The notes under the pieces are model-generated. The model saw nothing but the letters and a program-made list of their open reading frames with translations. It did not search any database and was not told the DNA's origin. Position numbers and translations under genes: made by a program. From the human T2T-CHM13v2.0 reference genome, Homo sapiens, in assembly GCF_009914755.1 (NCBI RefSeq), contig NC_060935.1: 64,000 nt of DNA; one strand, given 5' to 3'. Shown in pieces: positions 26,001 through 40,045 of the stretch. The stretch's first letter is position 1. Every line of letters starts with the position of its first letter.

Positions 26001-29000
26001 CTCACAGAGTTGAACATTCCTATAGATAGAGCAGGTTGTAAACAATCTTTTTGTAGAATCTGCGATTGGAGATTTGGACTGCTTTGAGGCCTACTGTAGT
26101 AAAGGAAATAACTTCATCTAAAAACCAAACGGAAGCATTCACAGACAATTCTTAGTGATCATTGGATTGAACTAACAGAGCTGAACATTCCTTTAGATGG
26201 AGCAGTTTCCAAACACACTTCCTGTAGAATCTGCAAGTGGATATTTGGACCTCTCTGAGGATTTCGTTGGAAACGGGATAAACTTCCCAGAACTACACAG
26301 AAGCATTCTGAGAAACTTCTTTGTGATGGTTGCATTCAACTCACAGGGTTGAACCTTGCTTTCATAGTTCAGCTTTCAAACACTCTTTTTGTAGAATCTG
26401 CAAGTGAATATTTGGACCACTTTGTGGCCTTCCTTCGAAACGGGTATATCTTCACATCAAACCTAGACAGAAGCATTCTCACAATGTTTCCTGTGATGAC
26501 TGCATTCAACTCACAGAGGTGAACAATCCTGCTGATGGAGCAGTTTTGAAACTCTCTTTCTTTGGATTCTGCAAGTGGATATGTGGACCTCTGTGAAGAT
26601 TTCGTTGGAAACGGGTTCATCTTCACAGAAAAACTAAACAGGAGCATTCTCAGAAACTGCTTTGTGATGTTTGTGTTCCACTTCAAGAATTGAACTTTCC
26701 TCTTGACAGAGCAGCTCTGAAACCCTCTTTTTCTAGAATCTGCAAGTGGACATTTGGAGGGCTTTGAGGCCTGTGGTGGAAAAGGAAAATCTTCACATAA
26801 AAACTAGATGGAAGCATTCTCAGAAACTACTTTGTGATGATTGCATTCGACTCACAGAGTTGAACATTCCTATAGATAGAGCAGGTTGTAAACAATCTTT
26901 TTGTAGAATCTGCGATTGGAGATTTGGACCGCTTTGAGGCCTACTGTAGTAAAGGAAATAACTTCATCTAAAAACCAAACGGAAGCATTCACAGACAATT
27001 CTTAGTGATCATTGGATTGAACTAACAGAGCTGAACATTCCTTTAGATGGAGCAGTTTCCAAACACACTTTCTGTAGAATCTGCAAGTGGATATTTGGAC
27101 CTCTCTGAGGATTTCGTTGGAAACGGGATAAACTTCCCAGAACTACACGGAAGCATTCTGAGAAACTTCTTTGTGATGTTTGCATTCAACTCACAGGGTT
27201 GAACCTTGCTTTCATAGTTCACCTTTCAAACACTCTTTTTGTAGAATCTGCAAGTGGATATTTGGACCACTTTGTGGCCTTCCTTCGAAACGGGTATATC
27301 TTCACATCAAACCTAGACAGAAGCATTCTCAGAATGTTTCCTGTGATGACTGCATTCAACTCACAGAGGTGAACAATCCTGCTGATGGAGCAGTTTTGAA
27401 ACTCTCTTTCTTTGGATTCTGCAAGTGGATATGTGGACCTCTGTGAAGATTTCGTTGGAAACGGGTTCATCTTCACAGAAAAACTAAACAGGAGCATTCT
27501 CAGAAACTGCTTTGTGTTGTTTGTGTTCCACTTCAAGAATTGAACTTTCCTCTTGACAGAGCAGCTCTGAAACCCTCTTTTTCTAGAATCTGCAAGTGGA
27601 CATTTGGAGGGCTTTGAGGCCTGTGGTGGAAAAGGAAAATCTTCACATATAAACTAGATGGAAGCATTCTCAGAAACTACTTTGTGATGATTGCATTCGA
27701 CTCACAGAGTTGAACATTCCTATAGATAGAGCAGGTTGTAAACAATCTTTCTGTAGAATCTGAGATTGGAGATTTGGACTGCTTTGAGGCCTACTGTAGT
27801 AAAGGAAATAACTTCATCTAAAAACCAAACGGAAGCATTCACAGACAATTCTTAGTGATCATTGGATTGAACTAACAGAGCTGAACATTCCTTTAGATGG
27901 AGCAGTTTCTAAACACACTTTCTGTAGAATCTGCAAGTGGATATTTGGACCTCTCTGAGGATTTCGTTGGAAACGGGATAAACTTCCCAGAACTACACGG
28001 AAGCATTCTGAGAAACTTCTTTGTGATGTTTGCATTCAACTCACAGAGTTGAACCTTGCTTTCATAGTTCAGCTTTCAAACACTCTTTTTGTAGAATCTG
28101 CAAGTGGATATTTGGACCACTTTGTGGCCTTCCTTCGAAACGGGTATATCTTCACATCAAACCTAGACAGAAGCATTCTCAGAATGTTTCCTGTGATGAC
28201 TGCATTCAACTCACAGAGGTGAACAATCCTGCTGATGGAGCAGTTTTGAAACTCTCTTTCTTTGGATTCTGCAAGTGGATATGTGGACCTCTGTGAAGAT
28301 TTCGTTGGAAACGGGTTCATCTTCACAGAAAAACTAAACAGGAGCATTCTCAGAAACTGCTTTGTGATGTTTGTGTTCCACTTCAGGAATTGAACTTTCC
28401 TCTTGACAGAGCAGCTCTGAAACCCTCTTATTCTAGAATCTGCAAGTGGACATTTGGAGGGCTTTGAGGCCTGTGGTGGAAAAGGAAAATCTTCACATAA
28501 AAACTAGATGGAAGCATTCTCAGAAACTACTTTGTGATGATTGCATTCGACTCACAGAGTTGAACATTCCTATAGATAGAGCAGGTTGTAAACAATCTTT
28601 TTGTAGAATCTGCGATTGGAGATTTGGAGTGCTTTGGGGCCTACTGTAGTAAAGGAAAAAACTTCATCTAAAAACCAAACGGAAGCATTCACAGACAATT
28701 CTTAGTGATCATTGGATTGAACTAACAGAGCTGAACATTCCTTTAGATGGAGCAGTTTTCAAACACACTTTCTGTAGAATCTGCAACTGGATATTTGGAC
28801 TTCTCTGAGGATTTCGTTGGAAACGGGATAAACTTCCCAGAACTACACGGAAGCATTCTGAGAAACTTCTTTGTGATGGTTGCATTCAACTCACAGGGTT
28901 GAACCTTGCTTTCATAGTTCAGCTTTCAAACACTCTTTTTGTAGAATCTGCAAGTGGATATTTGGACCACTTTGTGGCCTTCCTTCGAAACGGGTATATC

Positions 29001-31849
29001 TTCACATCAAACCTAGACAGAAGCATTCTCAGAATGTTTCCTGTGATGACTGCATTCAACTCACAGAGGTGAACAATCCTGCTGATGGAGCAGTTTTGAA
29101 ACTCTCTTTCTTTGGATTCTGCAAGTGGATATGTGGACCTCTGTGAAGATTTCGTTGGAAACGGGTTCATCTTCACAGAAAAACTAAACAGGAGCATTCT
29201 CAGAAACTGCTTTGTGATGTTTTTGTTCCACTTCAAGAATTGAACTTTCCTCTTGACAGAGCAGCTCTGATACCCTCTTTTTCTAGAATCTGCAAGTGGA
29301 CATTTGGAGGGCTTTGAGGCCTGTGGTGGAAAAGGAAAATCTTCACATAAAAACTAGATGGAAGCATTCTCAGAAACTACTTTGTGATGATTGCATTCGA
29401 CTCACAGAGTTGAACATTCCTATAGATACAGCAGGTTGTAAACAATCTTTTTGTAGAATCTGCGATTGGAGATTTGGACTGCTTTGAGGCCTACTGTAGT
29501 AAAGGAAATAACTTCATCTAAAAACCAAACGGAAGCATTCACAGACAATTCTTAGTGATCATTGGATTGAACTAACAGAGCTGAACATTCCTTTAGATGG
29601 AGCAGTTTCCAAACACACTTTCTGTAGAATCTGCAAGTGGATATTTGGACCTCTCTGAGGATTTCGTTGGAAACGGGATAAACTTCCAAGAACTACACGG
29701 AAGCATTCTGAGAAACTTCTTTGTGATGTTTGCATTCAACTCACAGAGTTGAACCTTGCTTTCATAGTTCAGCTTTCAAACACTCTTTTTGTAGAATCTG
29801 CAAGAGGATATTTCGAACACTTTGTGGCCTTCCTTCGAAACGGGTATATCTTCACATCAAACCTAGACAGAATCATTCTCAGAATGTTTCCTGTGATGAC
29901 TGCATTCAACTCACAGAGGTGAACAATCCTGCTGATGGAGCAGTTTTGAAACTCTCTTTCTTTGGATTCTGCAAGTGGATATGTGGACCTCTGTGAAGAT
30001 TTCGTTGGAAACGGGTTCATCTTCACAGAAAAACTAAACAGGAGCATTCTCAGAAACTGCTTTGTGATGTTTGTGATCCACTTCAAGAATTGAACTTTCC
30101 TCTTGACAGAGCAGCTCTGAAACCCTCTTTTTCTAGAATCTGCAAGTGGACATTTGGAGGGCTTTGAGGCCTGTGGTGGAAAAGGAAAATCTTCACATAA
30201 AAACTAGATGGAAGCATTCTCAGAAACTACTTTGTGATGATTGCATTCGACTCACAGAGTTGAACATTCCTATAGATAGAGCAGGTTGTAAACAATCTTT
30301 TTGTAGAATCTGCGATTGGAGATTTGGACTGCTTTGAGGCCTACTGTAGTAAAGGAAATAACTTCATCTAAAAACCAAACGGAAGCATTCACAGACAATT
30401 CTTAGTGATCATTGCATTGAACTAACAGAGCTGAACATTCCTTTAGATGGAGCAGTTTCCAAACACACTTTCTGTAGAATCTGCAACTGGATATTTGGAC
30501 TTCTCTGAGGATTTCGTTGGAGACGGGATAAACTTCGCAGAACTACACGGAAGCATTCTGAGAAACTTCTTTGTGATGTTTGCATTCAACTCACGGGGTT
30601 GAACCTTGCTTTCATAGTTCAGCTTTCAAACACTCTTTTTGTAGAATCTGCAAGTGGATATTTGGACCACTTTGTGGCCTTCCTTCGAAACGGGTATATC
30701 TTCACATCAAACCTAGACAGAAGCATTCTCAGAATGTTTCCTGTGATGACTGCATTCAACTCACAGAGGTGAACAATCCTGCTGATGGAGCAGTGTTGAA
30801 ACTCTCTTTCTTTGGATTCTGCAAGTGGATATGTGGACCTCTGTGAAGATTTCGTTGGAAACGGGTTCATCTTCACAGAAAAACTAAACAGGAGCATTCT
30901 CAGAAACTGCTTTGTGATGTTTGTGTTCCACTTCAAGAATTGAAATTTCCTCTTGACAGAGCAGCTCTGAAACCCTCTTTTTCTAGAATCTGCAAGTGGA
31001 CATTTGGAGGGCTTTGAAGCCTGTGGTGGAAAAGGAAAATCTTCACATATAAACTAGATGGAAGCATTCTCAGAAACTACTTTGTGATGATTGCATTCGA
31101 CTCACAGAGTTGAACATTCCTATAGATAGAGCAGGTTGTAAACAATCTTTTTGTAGAATCTGAGATTGGAGATTTGGACTGCTTTGAGGCCTACTGTAGT
31201 AAAGGAAATAACTTCATCTAAAAACCAAATGGAAGCATTCACAGACAATTCTTAGTGATCATTGGATTGAACTAACAGAGCTGAACATTCCTTTAGATGG
31301 AGCAGTTTCTAAACACACTTTCTGTAGAATCTGCAAGTGGATATTTGGACCTCTCTGAGGATTTCGTTGGAAACGGGATAAACTTCCCAGAACTACACGG
31401 AAGCATTCTGAGAAACTTCTTTGTGATGTTTGCATTCAACTCACAGAGTTGAACCTTGCTTTCATAGTTCAGCTTTCAAACACTCTTTTTGTAGAATCTG
31501 CAAGTGGATATTTGGACCACTTTGTGGCCTTCCTTCGAAACGGGTATATCTTCACATCAAACCTAGACAGAAGCATTCTCAGAATGTTTCCTGTGATGAC
31601 TGCATTCAACTCACAGAGGTGAACAATCCTGCTGATGGAGCAGTTTTGAAACTCTCTTTCTTTGGATTCTGCAAGTGGATATGTGGACCTCTGTGAAGAT
31701 TTCATTGGAAACGGGTTCATCTTCACAGAAAAACTAAACAGGAGCATTCTCAGAAACTGCTTTGTGATGTTTGTGTTCCACTTCAAGAATTGAACTTTCC
31801 TCTTGACAGAGCAGCTCGGAAACCCTCTTTTTCTAGAATCTGCAAGTGG

Positions 31850-34800
31850 ACATTTGGAGGGCTTTGAGGCCTGTGGTGGAAAAGGAAAATCTTCACATAA
31901 AAACTAGATGGAAGCATTCTCAGAAACTACTTTGTGATGATTGCATTCGACTCACAGAGTTGAACATTCCTATAGATAGAGCAGGTTGTAAACAATCTTT
32001 TTGTAGAATCTGCGATTGGAGATTTGGAGTGCTTTGGGGCCTAATGTAGTAAAGGAAAAAACTTCATCTAAAAACCAAACGGAAGCATTCACAGACAATT
32101 CTTAGTGATCATTGGATTGAACTAACAGAGCTGAACATTCCTTTAGATGGAGCAGTTTCCAAACACACTTTCTGTAGAATCTGCAACTGGATATTTGGAC
32201 TTCTCTGAGGATTTCGTTGGAAACGGGATAAACTTCCCAGAACTACATGGAAGCATTCTGAGAAACTTCTTTGTGATGTTTGCATTCAACTCACAGGGTT
32301 GAACCTTGCTTTCATAGTTCACCTTTCAAACACTCTTTTTGTAGAATCTGCAAGTGGATATTTGGACCACTTTGTGGCCTTCCTTCGAAACGGGTATATC
32401 TTCACATCAAACCTAGACAGAAGCATTCTCAGAATGTTTCCTGTGATGACTGCATTCAACTCACAGAGGTGAACAATCCTGCTGATGGAGCAGTTTTGAA
32501 ACTCTCTTTCTTTGGATTCTGCAAGTGGATATGTCGACCTCTGTGAAGATTTCGTTGGAAACGGGTTCATCTTCACAGAAAAACTAAACAGGAGCATTCT
32601 CAGAAACTGCTTTGTGATGTTTGTGTTCCAGTTCAAGAATTGAACTTTCCTCTTGACAGAGCAGCTCTGAAACCCTCTTTTTCTAGAATCTGCAAGTGGA
32701 CATTTGGAGGGCTTTGAGGCCTGTGGTGGAAAACGAAAATCTTCACATATAAACTAGATGGAAGCATTCTCAGAAACTACTTTGTGATGATTGCATTCGA
32801 CTCACAGAGTTGAACATTCCTATAGATAGAGCAGGTTGTAAACAATCTTTTTGTAGAATCTGAGATTGGAGATTTGGACTGCTTTGAGGCCTACTGTAGT
32901 AAAGGAAATAACTTCATCTAAAAACCAAACGGAAGCATTCACAGACAATTCTTAGTGATCATTGGATTGAACTAACAGAGCTGAACATTCCTTTAGATGG
33001 AGCAGTTTCCAAACACACTTTCTGTAGAATCTGCAACTGGATATTTGGACTTCTCTGAGGATTTCGTTGGAAACGGGATAAACTTCCCAGAACTACACGG
33101 AAGCATTCTGAGAAACTTCTTTGTGATGTTTGCATTCAACTCACAGGGTTGAACCTTGCTTTCATAGTTCACCTTTCAAACACTCTTTTTGTAGAATCTG
33201 CAAGTGGATATTTGGACCACTTTGTGGCCTTCCTTCGAAACGGGTATATCTTCACATCAAACCTAGACAGAAGCATTCTCAGAATGTTTCCTGTGATGAC
33301 TGCATTCAACTCACAGAGGTGAACAATCCTGCTGATGGAGCAGTTTTGAAACTCTCTTTCTTTGGATTCTGCAAGTGGATATGTGGACCTCTGTGAAGAT
33401 TTCGTTGGAAACGGGTTCATCTTCACAGAAAAACTAAACAGGAGCATTCTCAGAAACTGCTTTGTGATGTTTGTGTTCCACTTCAAGAATTGAACTTTCC
33501 TCTTGACAGAGCAGCTCTGAAACCCTCTTTTTCTAGAATCTGCAAGTGGACATTTGGAGGGCTTTGAGGCCTGTGGTGGAAAACGAAAATCTTCACATAA
33601 AAACTAGATGGAAGCATTCTCAGAAACAACTTTGTGATGATTGCATTCGACTCACAGAGTTGAACATTCCTATAGATAGAGCAGGTTGTAAACAATCTTT
33701 TTGTAGAATCTGCGATTGGAGATTTGGACTGCTTTGAGGCCTACTGTAGTAAAGGAAATAACTTCATCTAAAAACCAAACGGAAGCATTCACAGGCAATT
33801 CTTAGTGATCATTGGATTGAACTAACAGAGCTGAACATTCCTTTAGATGGCGCAGTTTCCAAACACACTTTCTGTAGAATCTGCAAGTGGATATTTGGAC
33901 CTCTCTGAGGATTTCGTTGGAAACGGGATAAACTTCCCAGAACTACACGGAAGCATTCTGAGAAACTTCTTTGTGATGTTTGCATTCAACTCACAGAGTT
34001 GAACCTTGCTTTCATAGGTCAGCTTTCAAACACTCTTTTAGTAAAATCTGCAAGAGGATATTTGGACCAGTTTGTGGCCTTCCTTCGAAACGGGTATATC
34101 TTCATATCAAACCTAGACAGAAGCATTCTCAGAATGTTTCCTGTGATGACTGCATTCAACTCACAGAGGTGAACAATCCTGCTGATGGAGCAGTTTTGAA
34201 ACTCTCTTTCTTTGGATTCTGCAAGTGGATATGTGGACCTCTGTGAAGATTTCGTTGGAAACGGGTTCATCTTCACAGAAAAACTAAACAGGAGTATTCT
34301 CAGAAACTGCTTTGTGATGTTTGTGTTCCACTTGAAGAATTGAACTTTCCTCTTGACAGAGCAGCTCTGAAACCCTCTTTTTCTAGAATCTGCAAGTGGA
34401 CATTTGGAGGGCTTCGAGGCCTGTGGTGGAAAAGGAAAATCTTCACATAAAAACTAGATGGAAGCATTCTCAAAAACTACTTTGTGATGATTGCATTCGA
34501 CTCACAGAGTTGAACATTCCTATAGATAGAGCAGGTTGTAAACAATCTTTTTGTAGAATCTGCGATTGGAGATTTGGACTGCTTTGAGGTCTACTGTAGT
34601 AAAGGAAATAACTTCATCTAAAAACCAAACGGAAGCATTCACAGACAATTCTTAGTGATCATTGGATTGAACTAACAGAGCTGAACATTCCTTTAGATGG
34701 AGCAGTTTCCAAACACACTTTCTGTAGAATCTGCAAGTGGATATTTGGACCTCTCTGAGGATTTCGTTGGAAACGGGATAAACTTCCCAGAACTACACGG

Positions 34801-37460
34801 AAGCATTCTGAGAAACTTCTTTGTGATGTTTGCATTCAACTCACAGGGTTGAACCTTGCTTTCATAGTTCAGCTTTCAAACACTCTTTTTGTAGAATCTG
34901 CAAGTGGATATTTGGACCACTTTGTGGCCTTCCTTCGAAACGGGTATATCTTCACATCAAACCTAGACAGAAGCGTTCTCAGAATGTTTCCTGTGATGAC
35001 TGCATTCAACTCACAGAGGTGAACAATCCTGCTGATGGAGCAGTTTTGAAACTCTCTTTCTTTGGATTCTGCAAGTGGATATGTGGACCTCTGTGAAGAT
35101 TTCGTTGGAAACGGGTACATCTTCACAGAAAAACTAAACAGTTGCATTCTCAGAAACTGCTTTGTGATGTTTGTGTTCCACTTCAAGAATTGAACTTTCC
35201 TCTTGACAGAGCAGCTCTGAAACCCTCTTTTCCTAGAATCTGCAAGTGGACATTTGGAGGGCTTTGAGGCCTGTGGTGGAAAAGGAAAATCTTCACATAA
35301 AAACTAGATGGAAGCATTCTCAGAAACTACTTTGTGATGATTGCATTCGACTCACAGAGTTGAACATTCCTATAGATAGAGCAGGTTGTAAACAATCTTT
35401 TTGTAGAATCTGCGATTGGAGATTTGGAGTGCTTTGGGGCCTAATGTAGTAAAGGAAAAAACTTCATCTAAAAACCAAACGGAAGCATTCACAGACAATT
35501 CTTAGTGATCATTGGATTGAACTAACAGAGCTGAACATTCCTTTAGATGGAGCAGTTTCCAAACACACTTTCTGTAGAATCTGCAACTGGATATTTGGAC
35601 TTCTCTGAGGATTTCGTTGGAAAAGGGATAAACTTCCCAGAACTACATGGAAGCATTCTGAGAAACTTCTTTGTGATGTTTGCATTCAACTCACAGGGTT
35701 GAACCTTGCTTTCATAGTTCACCTTTCAAACACTCTTTTTGTAGAATCTGCAAGTGGATATTTGGACCACTTTGTGGCCTTCCTTCGAAACGGGTATATC
35801 TTCACATCAAACCTAGACAGAAGCATTCTCAGAATGTTTCCTGTGATGACTGCATTCAACTCACAGAGGTGAACAATCCTGCTGATGGAGCAGTTTTGAA
35901 ACTCTCTTTCTTTGGATTCTGCAAGTGGATATGTCGACCTCTGTGAAGATTTCGTTGGAAACGGGTTCATCTTCACAGAAAAACTAAACAGGAGCATTCT
36001 CAGAAACTGCTTTGTGATGTTTGTGTTCCACTTCAAGAATTGAACTTTCCTCTTGACAGAGCAGCTCTGAAACCCTCTTTTTCTAGAATCTGCAAGTGGA
36101 CATTTGGAGGGCTTTGAGGCCTGTGGTGGAAAACGAAAATCTTCACATATAAACTAGATGGAAGCATTCTCAGAAACTACTTTGTGATGATTGCATTCGA
36201 CTCACAGAGTTGAACATTCCTATAGATAGAGCAGGTTGTAAACAATCTTTTTGTAGAATCTGAGATTGGAGATTTGGACTGCTTTGAGGCCTACTGTAGT
36301 AAAGGAAATAACTTCATCTAAAAACCAAACGGAAGCATTCACAGACAATTCTTAGTGATCATTGGATTGAACTAACAGAGCTGAACATTCCTTTAGATGG
36401 AGCAGTTTCCAAACACACGTTCTGTAGAATCTGCAACTGGATATTTGGACTTCTCTGAGGATTTCGTTGGAAACGGGATAAACTTCCCAGAACTACACGG
36501 AAGCATTCTGAGAAACTTCTTTGTGATGTTTGCATTCAACTCACAGGGTTGAACCTTGCTTTCATAGTTCACCTTTCAAACACTCTTTTTGTAGAATCTG
36601 CAAGTGGATATTTGGACCACTTTGTGGCCTTCCTTCGAAACGGGTATATCTTCACATCAAACCTAGACAGAAGCATTCTCAGAATGTTTCCTGTGATGAC
36701 TGCATTCAACTCACAGAGGTGAACAATCCTGCTGATGGAGCAGTTTTGAAACTCTCTTTCTTTGGATTCTGCAAGTGGATATGTGGACCTCTGTGAAGAT
36801 TTCGTTGGAAACGGGTTCATCTTCACAGAAAAACTAAACAGGAGCATTCTCAGAAACTGCTTTGTGATGTTTGTGTTCCACTTCAAGAATTGAACTTTCC
36901 TCTTGACAGAGCAGCTCTGAAACCCTCTTTTTCTAGAATCTGCAAGTGGACATTTGGAGGGCTTTGAGGCCTGTGGTGGAAAACGAAAATCTTCACATAA
37001 AAACTAGATGGAAGCATTCTCAGAAACAACTTTGTGATGATTGCATTCGACTCACAGAGTTGAACATTCCTATAGATAGAGCAGGTTGTAAACAATCTTT
37101 TTGTAGAATCTGCGATTGGAGATTTGGACTGCTTTGAAGCCTACTGTAGTAAAGGAAATAACTTCATCTAAAAACCAAACGGAAGCATTCACAGGCAATT
37201 CTTAGTGATCATTGGATTGAACTAACAGAGCTGAACATTCCTTTAGATGGCGCAGTTTCCAAACACACTTTCTGTAGAATCTGCAAGTGGATATTTGGAC
37301 CTCTCTGAGGATTTCGTTGGAAACGGGATAAACTTCCAAGAACTACACGGAAGCATTCTGAGAAACTTCTTTGTGATGTTTGCATTCAACTCACAGAGTT
37401 GAACCTTGCTTTCATAGTTCAGCTTTCAAACACTCTTTTTGTAGAATCTGCAAGAGGATA
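31850..37460 (+). repeat. Duplicated multi-HOR block at +3400 bp offset (about 31850-34060 and 35250-37460)
   Basis: Shared private SNPs: GGAGTGCTTTGGGGCCTAATG (about 32026/35426), GTCGAC (32533/35933), AAACGAAAAT (32731/36131, 33581/36981), ACAGGCAATT (33791/37191). Confidence 0.85.
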
Positions 37461-40028
37461 TTTAGACAAATTTGTGGCCTTCCTTCGAAACGGGTATATC
37501 TTCACATCAAACCTAGACAGAAGCATTCTCAGAATGTTTCCTGTGATGACTGCATTCAACTCACAGAGGTGAACAATCCTGCTGATGGAGCAGTTTTGAA
37601 ACTCTCTTTCTTTGGATTCTGCAAGTGGACATGTGGACCTCTGTGAAGATTTCGTTGGAAACGGGTTCATCTTCACAGAAAAACTAAACAGGAGCATTCT
37701 CAGAAACTGCTTTGTGATGTTTGTGTTCCACTTCAAGAATTGAACTTTCCTCTTGACAGAGCAGCTCTGAAACCCTCTTTTTCTAGAATCTGCAAGTGGA
37801 CATTTGGAGGGCTTTGAGGCCTGTGGTGGAAAAGGAAAATCTTCACATAAAAACTAGATGGAAGCATTCTCAGAAACTACTTTGTGATGATTGCATTCGA
37901 CTCACAGAGTTGAACATTCCTATAGATAGAGCAGGTTGGAAACAATCTTTTTGTAGAATCTGCGATTGGAGATTTGGACTGCTTTGAGGCCTACTGTAGT
38001 AAAGGAAATAACTTCATCTAAAAACCAAACGGAAGGATTCACAGAGAATTCTTAGTGATCATTGGATTGAACTAACAGAGCTGAACATTCCTTTAGATGG
38101 AGCAGTTTCCAAACACACTTTCTGTAGAATCTGCAAGTGGATATTTGGACCTCTCTGAGGATTTCGTTGGAAACGGGATAAACTTCCCAGAACTACACGG
38201 AAGCATTCTGAGAAACTTCTTTGTGATGTTTGCATTCAACTCACAGAGTTGAACCTTGCTTTCATAGTTCAGCTTTCAAACACTCTTTTTGTAGAATCTG
38301 CAAGTGGATATTTGGACCACTTTGTGGCCTTCCTTCGAAACGGTTATATCTTCACATCAAACCTAGACAGAAGCATTCTCAGAATGTTTCCTGTGATGAC
38401 TGCATTCAACTCACAGAGGTGAACAATCCTGTTGATGGAGCAGTTTTGAAACTCTCTTTCTTTGGATTCTGCAAGTGGATATGTGGACCTCTGTGAAGAT
38501 TTCGTTGGAAACGGGTTCATCTTCACAGAAAAACTAAACAGGAGCATTCTCAAAAACTGCTTTGTGATGTTTGTGTTCCACTTCAAGAATTGAACTTTCC
38601 TCTTGACAGAGCAGCTCTGAAACCCTCTTTTTCTAGAATCTGCAAGTGGACATTTGGAGGGCTTTGAGGCCTGTGGTGGAAAAGGAAAATCTTCACATAA
38701 AAACTAGATGGAAGCATTCTCAGAAACTACTTTGTGATGATTGCATTCGACTCACAGAGTTGAACATTCCTATAGATAGAGCAGGTTGTAAACAATCTTT
38801 TTGTAGAATCTGCGATTGGAGATTTGGACTGCTTTGAGGCCTACTGTAGTAAAGGAAATAACTTCATCTAAAAACCAAACGGAAGGATTCACAGACAATT
38901 CTTAGTGATCATTGGATTGAACTATCAGAGCTGAACATTCCTTTAGATGGCGCAGTTTCCCAACACACTTTCTGTAGAATCTGCAAGTGGGTATTTGGAC
39001 CTCTCTGAGGATTTCGTTGGAAACGGGCTAAACTTCCCAGAACTACACGGAAGCATTCTGAGAAACTTCTTTGTGATGTTTGCATTCAACTCACAGGGTT
39101 GAACCTTGCTTTCATAGTTCAGCTTTCAAACACTCTTTTTGTAGAATCTTCAAGTGGATATTTAGACCACTTTGTGGCCTTCCTTCGAAACGGGTATATC
39201 TTCACATCAAACCTAGACAGAAGCATTCTCAGAATGTTTCCTGTGATGACTGCATTCAACTCACAGAGGTGAACAATCCTGCTGATGGAGCAGTTTTGAA
39301 ACTCTCTTTCTTTGGATTCTGCAAGTGGATATGTGGACCTCTGTAAAGATTTCGTTGGAAACGGGTTCATCTTCACAGAAAAACTAAACAGGAGGATTCT
39401 CAGAAAATGCTTTGTGATGTTTGTGTTCCACTTCAAGAATTGAACTTACCTCTTGACAGAGCAGCTCTGAAACCCTGTTTTTCTAGAATCTGCAAGTGGA
39501 CATTTGGAGGGCTTTGAGGCCTGTGGTGGAAAAGGAAAATCTTCACATAAAAACTAGATGGAAACATTCTCAGAAACCACTTTGGGATGACTGCATCGGA
39601 CTCACAGAGTTGGACATTCCTATGGATAGAACAGTTTGTAAACACTCTTTTTGTAGAATCTGCAATTGGAGATTTGGACGGCTTTGAGACCTACGGAAGT
39701 AAAGGAAATAACTTCACATAAAAACCAAACGGAAGCATTCACAGAAAATTCTTTGCGATGATTGTATTTATCTGAGAGAGCTGAACATTCCTTTAGATGG
39801 AGCAGTTTCCAAACACACTTTTTGTAGGATCTGCAGGTGGATATTCGGACCTCTCTGAGGATTGCGTTGCAAAAGGGATAAACTTCCCAGAACTACACGG
39901 AAGCATTCTCCGAAGCTTCTTTGTGATGTTTGCATACAACTCACAGAGTTGAACCTTCCTTTCATAGTTCAGCTTTGAGACAGTCTTTTGGTAGAATCTG
40001 CAGGTGGATATTTGGACCACTGTGAGGC

Positions 40029-40045
40029 CTTCGTTCGAAACGGGT
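40029..40045 (+). promoter_or_regulatory. Intact CENP-B box in 12-mer monomer 3 (W2 type; representative)
   Basis: CTTCGTTCGAAACGGGT satisfies NTTCGNNNNANNCGGGN. Confidence 0.85.

Larger units (their letters stand above)
1..39564 (+). repeat. Alpha-satellite 5-mer HOR array (850-bp unit), SF3, D11Z1-like (chromosome 11 centromere)
   Basis: Monomers begin CATTCTCAGAAAC-like at 126, 297, 465, 635, 806, 976 (171+168+170+171+170 = 850 bp). The ORF track recurs every 850 bp. One XbaI site (TCTAGA, e.g. 43-48) per unit. Three B-type plus two A-type monomers is the SF3 pentamer pattern; an 850-bp XbaI pentamer is the classical description of D11Z1. 126-39564 = 44x850 + 3x679 + 2 bp of insertions. 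Confidence 0.95.

Noticed and set aside
30512-30528. W1 box variant TTTCGTTGGAGACGGGA as a lost CENP-B box
   Set aside because: The change falls on a non-core (N) position, so the 9-bp core is intact.
491-39436. Recurring 63-105 aa ORFs on both strands of the pentamer
   Set aside because: They simply translate alpha-satellite monomers, recur at the HOR period, mostly use TTG/GTG starts, gain and lose stops at random, and show no recognisable domain.
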